From NCBI RefSeq assembly GCF_002113885.1, contig NW_018480038.1, positions 458,911-522,910 on the forward strand: DNA of 64,000 nucleotides. The letters are read 5' to 3'. The first letter of the stretch is position 1, and every line of letters starts with the position of its first letter. Origin of the DNA: Mizuhopecten yessoensis (taxonomy: Eukaryota). The notes under the pieces are model-generated. The model made no database searches. It saw only the letters and a list, made by a program, of their open reading frames with translations, and was not told where the DNA came from. Both the position numbers and the translations under genes were made by a program. Below are positions 12,701-27,700 of this stretch, in pieces.

Positions 12701-15700
12701 AAAAGCCTGCTCTGCAGTCACAGTTCATTCTTGAATTGCTCAAATTGGTAACATTTAATTTGAATTTTGAACTTAAATAGCATATATTGTATTGAAATTG
12801 TGTGCAAATCAGGGACTGAACTCTGAAATTGTGCAGCAGACACATTATCTTAAACTGGCTATTTCAGCAGTGCGAGTGGACAATACAATAATGACTCTTG
12901 GCTGACTTTGTACAGAGTTTTTTAAATGACATAAGATAGAGATTAGTACTGCCTTTAGAAAGCTGGTTCAGAGTAGAGGTGTTGAGAAGTTAACACCCTC
13001 TTAATCCGGCTGACTTTAAACTCCAGTAATGTTGTTTACAATCCCACACAGATTTGGGGTACAGTCCTGGGTCAAAGTAATAACTATATAGGTCTGAACA
13101 AAGAATGTATGTGCCTTTTTAATGCTGGTGGGTAGTAATGGTAGACCACTGTGCTATTTATATAAATCTATTATAAGTGTTTCTTATGTAATTGATTGGT
13201 CTGGTCAGTGTTTTGAAACAGTAGAACCTTATCTGACCCGAAAATGAATTCATTCAAAAGTTTGCCTCATCTTTGTAGCATAAACTACTACATGAAGTTT
13301 TTCATACATGTGTCACATTTCACACTGAATCTTCAAACAAGGCCACATTTTATATTCTCAAATTAGATCGCATTTTATATTCTCAAATTAGGTCACATTT
13401 TATTACCTCAAATTAGTTCACATATTTCCATTCTTCAAATATCATAAGTTTTCTTGCAGTGATTTCTTTAGAGTATAATATATGATTTGTTCTTCCTTGT
13501 AAATATTTATACCCTCTGATTTAAAGTTCAATCAGGTGGAATCAGTCTCTGCCTCTCCCTCCGTCTACCAGTAAACTATGTTTGGCCAGGCTGCTGCAGT
13601 CCTGCATAGATCACAATAAAAGAAATGTATATTTTTTGGTATGCAATATAGTTGTTAACTATGGGAATTGGCTGTAATTGACAATGTTATACCCACAACT
13701 TTGATAAGGAGGGGAAGGGTAATACAGTTATCCCTCTGTCAGTTAATCCATCAACAGATAGCTATAGTATAATGCTCACGTACAATATCCCTCCTAAAAT
13801 CTTTATAATTACATCATAGTATGGTAAAGTTCTACACCTGATTAGATTTTAATGGTCAACACTGAAGATCGAAGGGTCAAAGATCACACTTAATTTACTA
13901 GTAATACATTTTTCATTCAATTGATAATTTTTGCAGAGAAATGACCTTTTTCATCAAAAAGGGGGAAAAATGACAATGCATACTAAACTGTTAAGCTGAT
14001 TTCAATCAAACTTTGTATGCTGTCCATATGTTTCGGTCTGAAATGTTATTGTGCAATGGCAGATATTAATTTCAACATTTGTTGGCTGTTCAGGAACATC
14101 TAAGTATGCTATAATATAGGATTCTGAATCCAAGTCTGTATATATGTATGTATGTAAATAAATATGTATATATAACAGAGATGATGGACTGGTATCGCAG
14201 CATTAAATATTTTAGAAAGTCCATCTAATCTGGCTGCTCGTTTCATTGCACTGAAATATCCATTCTGTCACCTTTCACTTCCTTTAGTACCGATTGTTTG
14301 GTCTGTTGGACATAACAGGTATTTGGGTTTTAACAATGGGATGTCCTATAAGTTGACTCATAGGAATACACAGAGCTTGTTCTGTGAGAGCTTATTCTTC
14401 ACATCCACGTGTGAAAAGCTTGTCCCTTGAACCAGAGATTAAATCTGTATCTTTGGGGTGTATACAGGTTTTAGTACAAGAAAGTTGGCAGTCAATTGAT
14501 AAAGTAGTTTTGATGATAAGATAGCAGTTGTTTGTGTGTTCTGACCTTTATTTTTGCTGAGTATTAGGTAGGAAATTTTACACAAAACTCATGCTATAAC
14601 AGTTCTGGAAAGTGTTCAAAATATTGACATAATGAATTGAAATTCAGTAACTAATTAATAATCATCTGCAGGTAATGGACATTTAGCCCTTTAAATACTG
14701 TAATAGGTGTAATAATTAATGACGAATTTTCAAAGTCACTGTTTCCCTGCGAGTCAAATTACGATCACCAGTAGTGTGTGGGATTTGATGTGGTGCCAAT
14801 TCCAACGATACATTGTTAGACAGTAATGGGATTGAGGGGTTTTGTTGACACAGAGATGGGTTTACCAAGGTATGGTCCCAGAGGTGTCCTATACACTTCA
14901 TACATAAATTTATGAAGGAGGCATAATTCAATGTAAGATATCTCATTTAAAGAGTACAAAAAGTTCCATGATTCTGGCTATAACACATTATGTGATAAAT
15001 TAATTGAATATGAGTGAAAAGCTAAATTCTTAGAATTTTGTTGATTTTACAAGTCAGAAGTGAGGGTAAAAAGTCAGGGAAACTAACGTGCAGAATAGGA
15101 CAACTTTATAAGGTAGTCCCTAGTTGATGCCAGGTTTGTAATTTATGGCCGATGTTTATGGTTAGGTATTGTTGATAAGTAGTAAACTGTTGTTTACATA
15201 CATAACAAGGGTGTGACCTAAAGAAAACAGCTGGTAATAAACAAGTAAAGTATCCAACCACTGTCCAGTGTCATTCCTCCTACAGTGATTGGTGGTGAGA
15301 CCGCATTAGATAATCAACAATGAGATATATATGTTTCCTGTTCAAACTGTATAATTTGTTTTTAAATAAATCCCGGCTGATATGATGTTCACATTCTCTA
15401 TAGACCGTTGTTTTATGTTTTAAATGACTTTTGTGGTAGAAGGACTAATTATAACTTCCACTAATAAGGTAAGGGGGTATATTATATATAGTCAATCCAA
15501 ATGCAGATGCTTGCCATTTGCTATTTTGAAATTTTCTGAATAGTCATATTTGGCAAAGTTTTCAAAATGAGCTTATATATACTAAACTTTATGAATATGG
15601 GGAGCAATTTATAGTGACCTTGTCTTCCTGTTCATATCCTAATTTGTACGAGATATTGTAATATAGTATTTACCAGGTAGAGGTCACCTGGCTCCATCAT

Positions 15701-18700
15701 TTCAATCTACCTGTTCCATGATAGATAAAACACACCCTACCTTAACATATACCCTATTTATACCTTACCGATAGATCCACACATGTAAGCTATTATTAAT
15801 AATATATATGTACCTGTAATATAAACTACATGTATGCGCCACACTATACAGTGACAGATCGACCAAAGACATGATAACCACTAAAGCTGCAGCGGTCCAT
15901 TGTACCACACCAATGGATGTTGAATGGGTCTCGCATTAGCCTGGGTAGTTTGAGATCATGTGTTATCGGTGACATTGGATATTGATTTTTGAATTATTCC
16001 CCATGTTTGGCTGTAGTTTTGAAAACACAAGTAGTATTACATAACCCTGATGTTTTCACATGATGTGATTTGAATCGGGAAACAAGATGGAACCATTGGG
16101 GCCTGAACAGGAATACAGTTGGTTGAATATCAGACTTGTGTCGTTAAATGTATTGGATTGCAGTAACACAACCACACAGATCAAACAGATACTGGGCACC
16201 CAATACCTTTACTTGGGTAATGAATCATGAGCTTTCTGTAGCATTATGTTTTCACTATGAAACATGGATGTTTTAAGATTGAATGACATTTAATGTTACT
16301 CTGGGGTCTGCTTCTGTATTTCTGTAAACAAGATATGCTGATACAAATACATGCCAGAACATTGCTGATCCCACACTGTTGAGTAACAGAGCGTTGTGTG
16401 TGACCAATGATGTATAAGTCCATCTCTCATTCCAGGGGTGCTGGACCTAATGCTAACCCTTCATTGTCATCGTCTCGGAGGGCCACACGCCACCGTGCCA
16501 TGATCCGACAGAAACGTCGAGGTGTGGAGGAATCCGATGACTTTAGCCCAGAGTCTGGTGACTCCATCGGTTCTGGTATGTATGACATTTTCATTTTGGG
16601 AAGTAAGGGACTGAACGAAAGTTATTGGCCTCCATCTTGGATGCTTTTGAGAGACATTGATGCATTGGTGTAAATATTTCTGTGGTATCTTTATAGTAAC
16701 TAATCTATATTTTGATACCAGTAAAACATATTATGATTTCGTTGTTGTGCAGAATTGTTTAAATGGGAAGATAAACTTGAGTATTTGTTTACGTAAACAC
16801 CTCTTTGAGATTCCAGCCTATTGATTAGTCAACATATATATATAACCACACAAACAATACCTCCCTTATGGTAACTCTAGGTGCTTTTAGTAAAAAATTC
16901 TGCTGATTTTCTGCAGTGTTATCATGATACTACATTGTGCAATTAATCAGTATTGAGGAATTCCTTTTTTTTCAACAGAACTATATAAAACTTTGTACTA
17001 CTTCAGCTTGGACTGTATAATTGTGATCATTCCTATTGACTCAGTTGAAGAGATTAGATATATATCTCAAACTTACTGATCTTCCCTAGTGTAAAACTGT
17101 AATTGCATGTTTAACCTTTATAACCTGGGTATTAACAGGTACCCTGAAATAAAGGTTCTATCTGTCAATGTCTCTGTGTTTAAAGATCACCATTCAGACT
17201 TTTCTCTGCAATACAGAGTGAATTTGTTCTCCTTAGATTGTACCCTTAGATTTTTTACATTATTGGCAGGGTGCCAAGAATTGATTCGGTGCCGTCTTCA
17301 TGATAGACGGAATTGGTCGTGTTGTGGCTTTGGTCAGTAAATAAAACATTGAAGCTCACATCAGATATATACTACACAGTGATGTCTCTGATGTGTCACG
17401 TAATGGACACAGTGGCCATACAAAACATGTCTGTTATGGTGTTTGTGATGCAGTATTAGCAGAGAATTGATCGCATGGTTGTCTTCAGTATCGGAGGGTT
17501 ATCAGACCTGGTGTGACATTTGTAGGTACTATCTAGTACTTTATGTTGTGTGTCCAGTGTTTGGGGGACATTTCCCAGTGCTTTACAAAGTGCAGTTATG
17601 TTTGACTGGCATGAATATTGTATATTGATACGGTGTCACTTGGTAGGTTTAAAAGACTTGGATTATATTACCTGCGGCTCGGGTTAACAGGCAGTCGGCC
17701 AATTGGAGCTGTACTAGCCACACACTTTGTACATAGTTTTTGATTTCTGTGGATTTAAATTTCTTTCATTCTATATAATTAAGCGTGATTACAGGGCCGG
17801 ATTTGCTTGACTGGACATCCATTATAAGTGATAATAATCACAAATCAAGCGATGACGACCAAGTCTTCACATGCTGTCAACCACATGAATAACATAGTGC
17901 ATAAAATTGGTTCGCAGTGTGTTTGGTGGTGGAGGCATACCTAAACAGTAGTTGTAAGGTTTATCCTGTGTCAATAACTAAACAACAGTGGTTGTGTCCT
18001 CAGTGTATTATCAGCGGGCCAGACCTATAGTTTCTCAAGTGTAATGTCAGGGTTTGGACAAAGTATCTTAAGAGTAATGTCATCGCTGGGACAGAATTCT
18101 TGTGGAGTCCGTGTAACATCAGTATAGGGATGGAATTCTGGTTGCCTCAGTGTAATAATAGTGTCGGGATGGAATTCTAGTATCCTAGTTGTAAACACCA
18201 TGTGTCAGTAAAGAACATGTGTAGTTACTGGGCACTAAACAAGTTTATTAATGGATCTTAATACCAGGAAAACCATGAAGGACCTAAAAATTGTCAACTG
18301 ATCAATGTGAAACATTCAAGACGTCATAAAGGTAAAAGAAATATGATAGTCAAGGTTAGGCTGTCAAAAGTATTACCATTATTTCACAGCTGTATCCAGG
18401 ATATGGTTGAGGTTGTGTTGCAGTTCATTGATTTTAACTTGTGACCATGTTTTCATTGTTGACAATACACTTAATCTCTATAAATTCTTGCGTTTCTTTA
18501 AGATTGGAATTTTGCTAATGTAAATAATAAAGGATTTTGCTGACGAAACCATTCTACCTGTATACAAAGCCTTAATTCCCAGTATAACACTGTTCCCACT
18601 GTCAAATGTGATACACACACAATATCTACTAGGACTGTCTACGTTGTACCCAGATATAGTACTTCGCTCCTGGCCATGCTGTATGTTTCCTGTATACAAA

Positions 18701-21700
18701 CCTGCAGTATAAGAACTAGAGGTGAAACACTATAACATAAGAACATGCCAATGTAAGATCATGTATTTCGAAAAATTGCATAATGAATGAGCAACCAAAT
18801 TAGAATGTTACAGGAAAACTTGCAGGAAAACATGCCATAAATTTTACACAAACTTTTCGCAAACCCTGGCAGTTCATGATGAAATGAATAATAATGGTTT
18901 ACCAGCAAACGATTGAAAATTGATAGGCAATGTTTATGAGTGTGTTTTCACCAGACAGCTGTGCTTCAGAACGGGACATTGCTACAACGCATCCGTAGAG
19001 AATTCCCATGGTGTTTTAGATAAGGCCAAGCTATACGTTATGCATGTGTTGTTTATTTTTATGGTGTAGATACTACTTTGTTCGGTATGATCTTGCAGGT
19101 AAATAATTAATTTACACACGTCTAACTATAGGCTCTCCTTATTGATCCAACTAATAACTCCAGTTTTATTGTGGAGCCAGCTTTGCCGTTTAGCTTAACT
19201 TGACTGGTATTTTATAATAATTTGATGGTTTGTTGTTCATTTTCTCTGAACTACGTGACTATCGGAAGCGACTAAAGTCAGAGACTCAACTGTGCCAGGC
19301 ATACTGTTACACAATTATAATAGACTAAAGTCAGAGACTCAACTGTGCTAGGCATACTGTTACACAACTATAATAGACTAAAGTCAGAGACTCAACTGTG
19401 CTAGGCATACTGTTTCACAACTATAATAGACTAAAGTCAGAGACTCAACTGTGCCAGGCATACTGTTACACAACTATAATAGACTATAAAGTCAGAGACT
19501 CGACTGTGCTAGACATATATGGTTCTGATGGATTTAGACATACAAGGTTCTGATGGATTAAGACATGTATAGTTCTGATAGATTAAGACCCATGTATGGT
19601 CCTGTTGGATTAAGACATGTATGGTTCTGATGGATTAAGACATGTATGGGTCTGATGGATTTAGATATATGGTTCTGATGGATTAAGACATGGTTCTAAT
19701 GGATTTAGACATGTATGGTTCTGATGGATTAAGACATGTATGGGTCTGATGGATTAAGACATGTATGGTTCGATGGATTAAGACATGTATGGTTCTGATG
19801 GATTTAGACTTGTATGGTTCTGATGGATTAAGACATGTATGGTTCTGATGGATTTAGATATATGGTTCTGATGGATTAAGACATGGTTCTAATGGATTTA
19901 GACATGTATGGTTCTGATGGATTAAGACATGTATGGGTCTGATGGATTAAGACATGTATGGTTCTGATGGATTTAGACTTGTATGGTTCTGATGGATTAA
20001 GACATGTATGGTTCTGATGGATTTAGATATATGGTTCTGATGGATTAAGACATATGGTTCTGATAAATTTAGACATGTATGGTTCTGATGGATTAAGACA
20101 TGTATGGTTCTTATGGATTTAAACTTGTATGGTTCTGATGGATTAAGACATCTATGGTTCTGATGGATTTAGATATATGGTTCTGATCGATTAAGACTTG
20201 TATGGTTCTGATGGATTAAGACATCTATGGTTCTGATGGATTTAGATATATGGTTCTGTTGGATTAAGACATGTATGGTTCTGATTGATTTAGATATATG
20301 GTTCTGATGGATTAAGACTTGTATGGTTCTGTTGGATTAAGACATGTATGGTTCTGTTGGATTAAGACTTGTATGGTTCTGATGGATTTAGATATATGGT
20401 TCTGATTGATTAAGACTTGTATGGTTCTGATGGATTAAGACATGTATGGTTCTGGTGGATTAAGACATGTATGGTTCTGATGGATTTAAACTTGTATGGT
20501 TCTGATGGATTAAGACATCTATGGTTCTGATGGATTTAGATATATGGTTCTGTTGGATTAAGACATGGATGGTTCTGATGGATTTAGATATATGGTTCTG
20601 AAGGATTAAGACTTGTATGGTTCTGATGGATTAAGACATGTATGGTTCTTATGGATTTAAACTTGTATGGTTCTGATGGATTAAGACATCTATGGTTCTG
20701 ATGGATTTAGATATATGGTTCTGTTGGATTAAGACATGGATGGTTCTGATGGATTTAGATATATGGTTCTGAAGGATTAAGACTTGTATGGTTCTGATGG
20801 ATTAAGACATGTATGGTTCTTATGGATTTAAACTTGTATGGTTCTGATGGATTAAGACATGTATGGTTCTGTTGGATTAAGACATGTATGGTTCTGATTG
20901 ATTTAGATATATGGTTCTGATGGATTAAGACATGTATGGGTCTGATGGATTAAGACATGTATGGTTCTGATGGATTAAGACATGTATGGTTCTGATGTAT
21001 TTAGATATATGGTTCTGATGGATTAAGACTTGTATGGTTCTGTTGGATTAAGACATGTATGGTTCTGATGTATTTAGATATATGGTTCTGATGGATTAAG
21101 ACATATGGTTCTGATGGATTTAGACATATGGTCCTGTTGGATTAAGACATGTATGGTTCTGATGGATTAAGACATGTATGGTTCTGATGGATTTAGATAT
21201 ATGGTTCTGATGGATTAAGACATGTATGGTTCTGATCGATTAATGGTTCTGATTGATTAAGACATGTATGGTTCTGATTGATTAAGACATATGGTTCTGA
21301 TGGATTTAGACAGATGGTTCTGATGGATTAAGACATGTATGGTTCTGATGGATTTAGATATATGGTTCTGATGGATTAAGACATATGGTTCTGATGGATT
21401 TAGACATGTATGGTTCTGATGGATTTAGACATGTATGGGTCTGATGGATTAAGACATGTATGGGTCTGATGGATTAAGACATGTGTGGTTCTGATGGACT
21501 AAGACATGCATGGTTCTGATGGATTATGACATGTATGGTTCTGATGGATTAAGACATGTATGGGTCTGATGGATTAAGACATGTATGGTTCTGATGGACT
21601 AAGACATGCATGGTTCTGATGGATTATGACATGTATGGTTCTGATGGATTAAGACATGTATGGTTCTGATGGACTAAGACATGTATGGTTCTGATGGATT

Positions 21701-24700
21701 TAGACATGTATGGGTCTGATGGATTAAGACATGTACGGTTCTGATGGACTAAGACATGTATGGTTCTGATGGACTAAGACATGTATGGTTCTGATGGATT
21801 AAGACCCATGTATGGTTCTGATGGATTAAGACATGTATGGTTCTGATGGATTAAGACCTATATGATTCTGATGAAGTTAGACTTGTAAGTGTCTGATGGA
21901 CTTTATGTGAATGTGTCTTATGGTTTTAGTCATGTAAATAGATCTGACATGAACATAAAGATTCTATCTCTAACGGTAAAGGAAATACTGGTAATGGTTC
22001 TCATTCTGTCTATTTGAGTTATAGCTAGTCCATCTATTAAGTTAACTATATGAAGCAAAATTGCTACCAGTTCTTGGGAATTGGTTTTCCAAGGACTGTA
22101 TTTGAAATATGGGTTTAGCTTGTAAACTGAAGAAATCAGTGTTGTATTTTTAGTTCATGAACAGACTTGTCCGGAACTAAATTATGAAAAAAGAAAATGG
22201 GCAAATTGTATTAAAAATAAGATAGCTTCGTTGCGTGCATGTATAGATCAAGTTGATAAGTATAGAAATAAATCAATGCTATCTACGATGAAGTTTAAAT
22301 GTTCATACAATGTCATAGATATTCACAACCAAAAATCACTTTATTTGATAATTGAGTAAGAGTAGGTAGACAATGGTGATTTAGCTGAAGTTTCTCAATG
22401 ATATTGTTCGTATGAATGACATATTATGTGTTCCTTCTGAAGAAAGAAGTGAAATTCTGATTTTGCTTATAGATGTTATTGAGAACTGGTTTGATAAGAA
22501 CCTTGCTGCATACATACCTGGATTATGTTCTATTATTTAATTGAGGATGTTCATTGCTGTGATTATGATGCAAATTAGGGTTCCTGTATTGATGTCAGCT
22601 TAATTCATTTTGCAATGACTTGAGCAAATACAGGTAAAACTGGTTTAGAGTTAGGACATGTAAACACAACATATCCATTGACAACTGTAGTTCTCAATCA
22701 CTGTGGTAGGTTTTTAAACACAAAATACGGTTAATGCTTACAGGTACTTCAAACAGTGTGTTTAAATGCGAGACTTGTGTCTGTGTGTAACCCTGGCTGG
22801 TTATAGTGAACAGGCCAGCATTGACCCGACATACCTGTACAAATAACACAGTGAACAAGATTGGGAGGACCAGGTTTGTCTTCAGATGATCACATATGTT
22901 TTTATAAGAGTTGGTTTAAATAGTTTTGAACTATCGATGAGATCTTACATTCTGATGGTTGGATTACAAGGGCGAGTTTAATCAGTTAAGGTGATACATA
23001 GGGGGTAACATTACAAACAGGATTTAAACATCTGTTCATAGTGTATAAGTCTGTTTTTGTATACAGTCTGGTACTATACAGAGCACATATACGTGACTTG
23101 TGAGAGACAGTCACTACATTGTTAATGACATGATTTATACACAGTGGCGAATACTTGTGTGAGTGTCAATACTTGTGACAGTCAATACACTAAGGCCAAT
23201 ACGTGTGTGAGTGTCAATACTTGTGACAGTCATTATACACAGTGGTGAATACTTGTGTGAGTGTCAATACTTGTGACAGTCATTATACACTAAGGCCAAT
23301 ACGTGTGTAAGTGTACATGTGAATACTTGTGATAGTTCATACACTAAGGTGAATACAAGTTTGTGTTAGTGTCAATACTTGTGACAGTATATACATAGGT
23401 GAATACTTGTGTGAGTGTGAATACTTGTGACAGTTCATACACTAAGGTGAATACTTGGTCAATACACTAAGGGGAATACTTGTGACAGCCAATACACAAA
23501 GGGGAATACTTGTGAGTGTGAATACTTGTGACAGTTCATACACTAAAATGAATACTTGTGACAGACAGTTCATACACTAAGGCAAATACTTGTGACAGTC
23601 AACACATTAAGGTGAATACTTGTGACAGTTCACACACTAAGGTGAATACTTGGTCAATACACTTAGGTGAATACTTAGTCAATACACTAAGGTGAACAAT
23701 TGGTCAATACACTAAGGTGAATACTTGAGATGGTCAATACACTAAGGTGAATACTTGTGACAGTCAATACATTAAGTGGAATACTTGTGACAGTCAGTAC
23801 ATTAAGTGGAATACTTGTGACAGTCAATACTTTAAGGTGAACACTTGGTCAATACACTTAGGTGAATACTTGGTCAATACACTAAGGTGAATAATTGGTC
23901 AATACACTAAGGTTAATCCACTAAGGGGAATACTTGTGATAGATTGTCAACACACAAAATATAAATGGGATTTCAGTACATGAACTTGATAATGGTAGTT
24001 TCAATGATGATGAACAAAATGATTGTGATGTATCAAATAGCTTGATCTGATCCAGTATGTTACATAAATAAACATATCTATAATGACTCGCACTAATTAA
24101 ATATATAGTAAGAGATTATTTTGATATTAAGTCTATTTGAGGATCATAGCATATATTTTTTTGTCAGGCTTACAAGACATAACACAACAAATTAAAGCCC
24201 TAGTTTCTGATCAGATAAACTATGGTAAAGACATACTATACAGCATTAGTGTTTTACGTTATAACAGGTTGACACTCTGCCAGTATTAAGTCATTAGAAG
24301 CAATTGTAATTTGATTCATGCAATTGTACTTCACACTACCATGTGATATATTCTATGATACACTGTCATAGTCAAAATAAAGTCTTTATTTACATTTCAG
24401 ACTTTGAATGATAGTTTTGAAGGCTAATATATGGTTTTGACAATGAGCAGACATTTGGCCACCCTGATAGTCTAGAAAGGATACATGTGTTCATACACAC
24501 TTGTCCAGGGCTGTTCTGTTGTATTGAACTAGAATATTACAGATGCAAAACTAATAGTTTTTGACACATTTCTATGTAATACAATCTGTTACTACATATG
24601 CCAGACAAACTTGGGTGTTACAAACTCAATCCTACACTGATAGCCAAATTGAATATGCAGGCAGTGGAGTGTTTAAATATACAGAACTTGTGCGGGTCTG

Positions 24701-27700
24701 TGTGAATCATAAGTCTCAAGGTAATAGCTATGGATTAATTGACTTTAGGACACATACCTGGTGAGCTATTTGGTTGTATACATGTAAACCTCCTTATTGA
24801 GTACGCATATCTTGGATATTGGTTAGGACAGACATATTTGATAGTTGTTGAAACTGTGACAAACTATTTTGTGTGATAGTTAAGAAATTAATATTGTTTC
24901 CTTTCAGTTATATAAGATACCTTTGTAGTTTTCAATGACATGTTAAGTTTTAGTTTCAAGTGACTTAAGATGTCAGGTTAGTTTTTACAGTGATCTTCTA
25001 AGTGAATGAATGACCAACTAGGTTTCTTTTTACTTTCAGGGAATGTGTCTAAGCCATCGTCCAGACCGGACTCGGCATCTAAACGCCGACGTCGGATAGT
25101 CAAATCAAAGTCAGACCGTCGCTCTAATTTGAAAGCTCCTAGTTCTGAGGATTATGTTAACTCTGAGAGTGACGATGTTTGCTCTGATGATTCTCACTTA
25201 GCCAACGAGTCTGGAGATTTGAAGGATGTGCAGCCAGACATCTCTGATGAAAGTGAACCTTCTGTGACATACAGTGACTTTGCCCAACAGTTGTCGACTG
25301 CTCTTGATGAGCAGAAGGAGAGTATAGCTGAACATGACAGTGTTAGTCAAAGAACTCAGACATGTGATTGTGCAGAAAACAGTGAAGAATTATCAGAAAA
25401 TAGGATTGTAACTAATTTAAAACCTGAACAACCTGACAGTGAAGAAGAATTCAAAATGGATGGTCATCATATGAATGGAGTTTCAAATCATGGGGATGAC
25501 ATGAACAAGGGTGCTATCCCCAAGAAAAGTAAGCGATTCAAACAAAGGAACAGCAATGGGTCTAGCACCAGTGATTTAGATACTGATATGCGACGCTCAT
25601 CAAGAACGCCATCAGAAACGCGTGACATGGAACAGCAGACAGATGTGAGTTGGTTGGAATTTCCAGACATTTCTCCATCTCAAACTCGACGAAAATCGCC
25701 TGTATTGCATATCTCTCCTCTGAGTGTGTGGAACTCTGGGGATAGAGGAGTAAGGACTTCTAAAGGCCCGCACGGGTCTGGTGGTGTTAACGTCAGTATG
25801 GACAGTAGGCACATCAAAAAGACAAAGAGAACAAAACCAGTTAGTTTACAGTTCACTACACCTGATGTTTGGTCAGCAGATACCTGGGTAGAGAATTACG
25901 CGTCCAGTGGAAAACTTGATGCAGATATTTCATCTGATTCGGATGATGATCATGCATATGTTATGGAAACTGAAGTGTTCTCACCACAATCACCAACAGC
26001 TTGTGATAAGTTTTTTGATGATGGAGATACATCTGATACTAAAGAAGATTCCAATTCTGTGAAATATTATGTGACAATTAATGAGGAAAATACCAACATT
26101 AGCTACAATGTTGACAGAACTGAATACAAAACTTATTCCCTGAGAAGTCAGATTCAACCAAATGAACAAACAATGAGCATTCCAGAAAGTATTAATATAA
26201 ACTTGACAGCAACAGATACACATACTTCAGAGAGCCGCCACACGTCCTCTAACTCGCAGCGAGTTTATCTCAACAACTCTGATCAAACATCCTCATCTCC
26301 AGAGCAAAATATTGTTGTTTCGGAGAGAAGTTTTCGAACAGTACATGAAGCATCAAGAGATGAAGACGATTTCGTAGAGAGACATTTTGAAGAAGAAGCA
26401 TCAGCATCTTACTTAGAGCTTTGTCCTGGGACGAGTACACCTCATCCGCCTAACATTTTCACAGAAACAGGAGACATAAATAAAAACGACATTCTTTCTC
26501 CTCGTGAGTCTGAAACCACCTCCGATTATGGGACAATGATAATGGACAACAGGCGTGACTTTACATCCTTTACCCTTGACTCAGGAGATGAGGAGGGTTC
26601 TCTGGCTAGTGGTTACAAATCTTACACTGACAACCAGGATAGCAGTCCTCTGGACGATAAAGTGTTTGCTCTCCCTAGTGATCAGTCAGATTTACTGCTG
26701 GCAGAAATGGGAAGTGTTCCTGAAGTGAACAGCGAGGACGTGGATTCAATATCACAAAATGGCCAACGTTTGTGTTCTTCTGAGCATATCTCCAGGCGGA
26801 ATGTTGTAGCAGGATCACAGCATCTCCCTTGTGAACCAGAAATGGTTTCAAATGTACTCACTAGTGAACAGATTGACGCAAATTCTGTTTCCGACGACAG
26901 TTCAGATATAGAAAATAGCCAGTTTGTTGAAGCTGAAAATGTTCCACATTCCACAAATATTGCTCAACAAGTTATAGGTGCTCTTGCACGGATGTCAGCC
27001 CTGGCTGGGGTTAATAAGGAGGACAGTGAGGACCTATCAGTGTCATTAGACCGACTTCAGGGACCAGAGAGTGTAAGTTCAGACTCGTCAATCTACAAAA
27101 CTCCTCAGCAATCACCAAGAGATGAAGAGGAAGGAGATACCGCTGCAATTGAGAACGTGGAAATTCCTGATCAGCCTCAGTCACCTCAACTCTCTAAATG
27201 TATGAAAAATAAGGAAGCATTAAATCCACCCCTCCAATCCCAATCAAAAGCTGTTGCAGAAGATAAGACGGTATCAGTCACAACTGACCCTCAATCTATT
27301 CCCTGTGCAAGGAGAAAGACGGTTGATGACAGTAGTGTTAGGGAAGATCTCAAACGGGAACTACAGCAGAAATTAGCTCGACTTCAAAAGCATGTACGGA
27401 GTCTAAGTGACTCCGCCATTAGTTCTGACTATACTGATGGTGACTCAACCTCTGTATCTCCACGAGGGAGCAGATTGTATGAGTCTGACAAGACCTTGAG
27501 AGGAGGTCTTTTCGTAGACCAAACCGATTCCAGGTATCCAGAGGACATCCGTGTCATGGCGACTCAGACAAGGACCCAGTTTGATCCTGCAGCTTCTGGA
27601 CAGCCCTTCTCATCAACCGTCCACAGACTCTTAGAGATTGATAACAAAACACCCAAAAAATCCCCTCTTAAAGACTCTGGAAATGTTTTTGACGATTCTG

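Noticed and set aside
13686-13890. Possible Helentron-associated (HINE) element remnant; related gggagataactc-like boxes at about 5610, 34876, 63200 and 63955
   Set aside because: Too degenerate to define ends or family by eye
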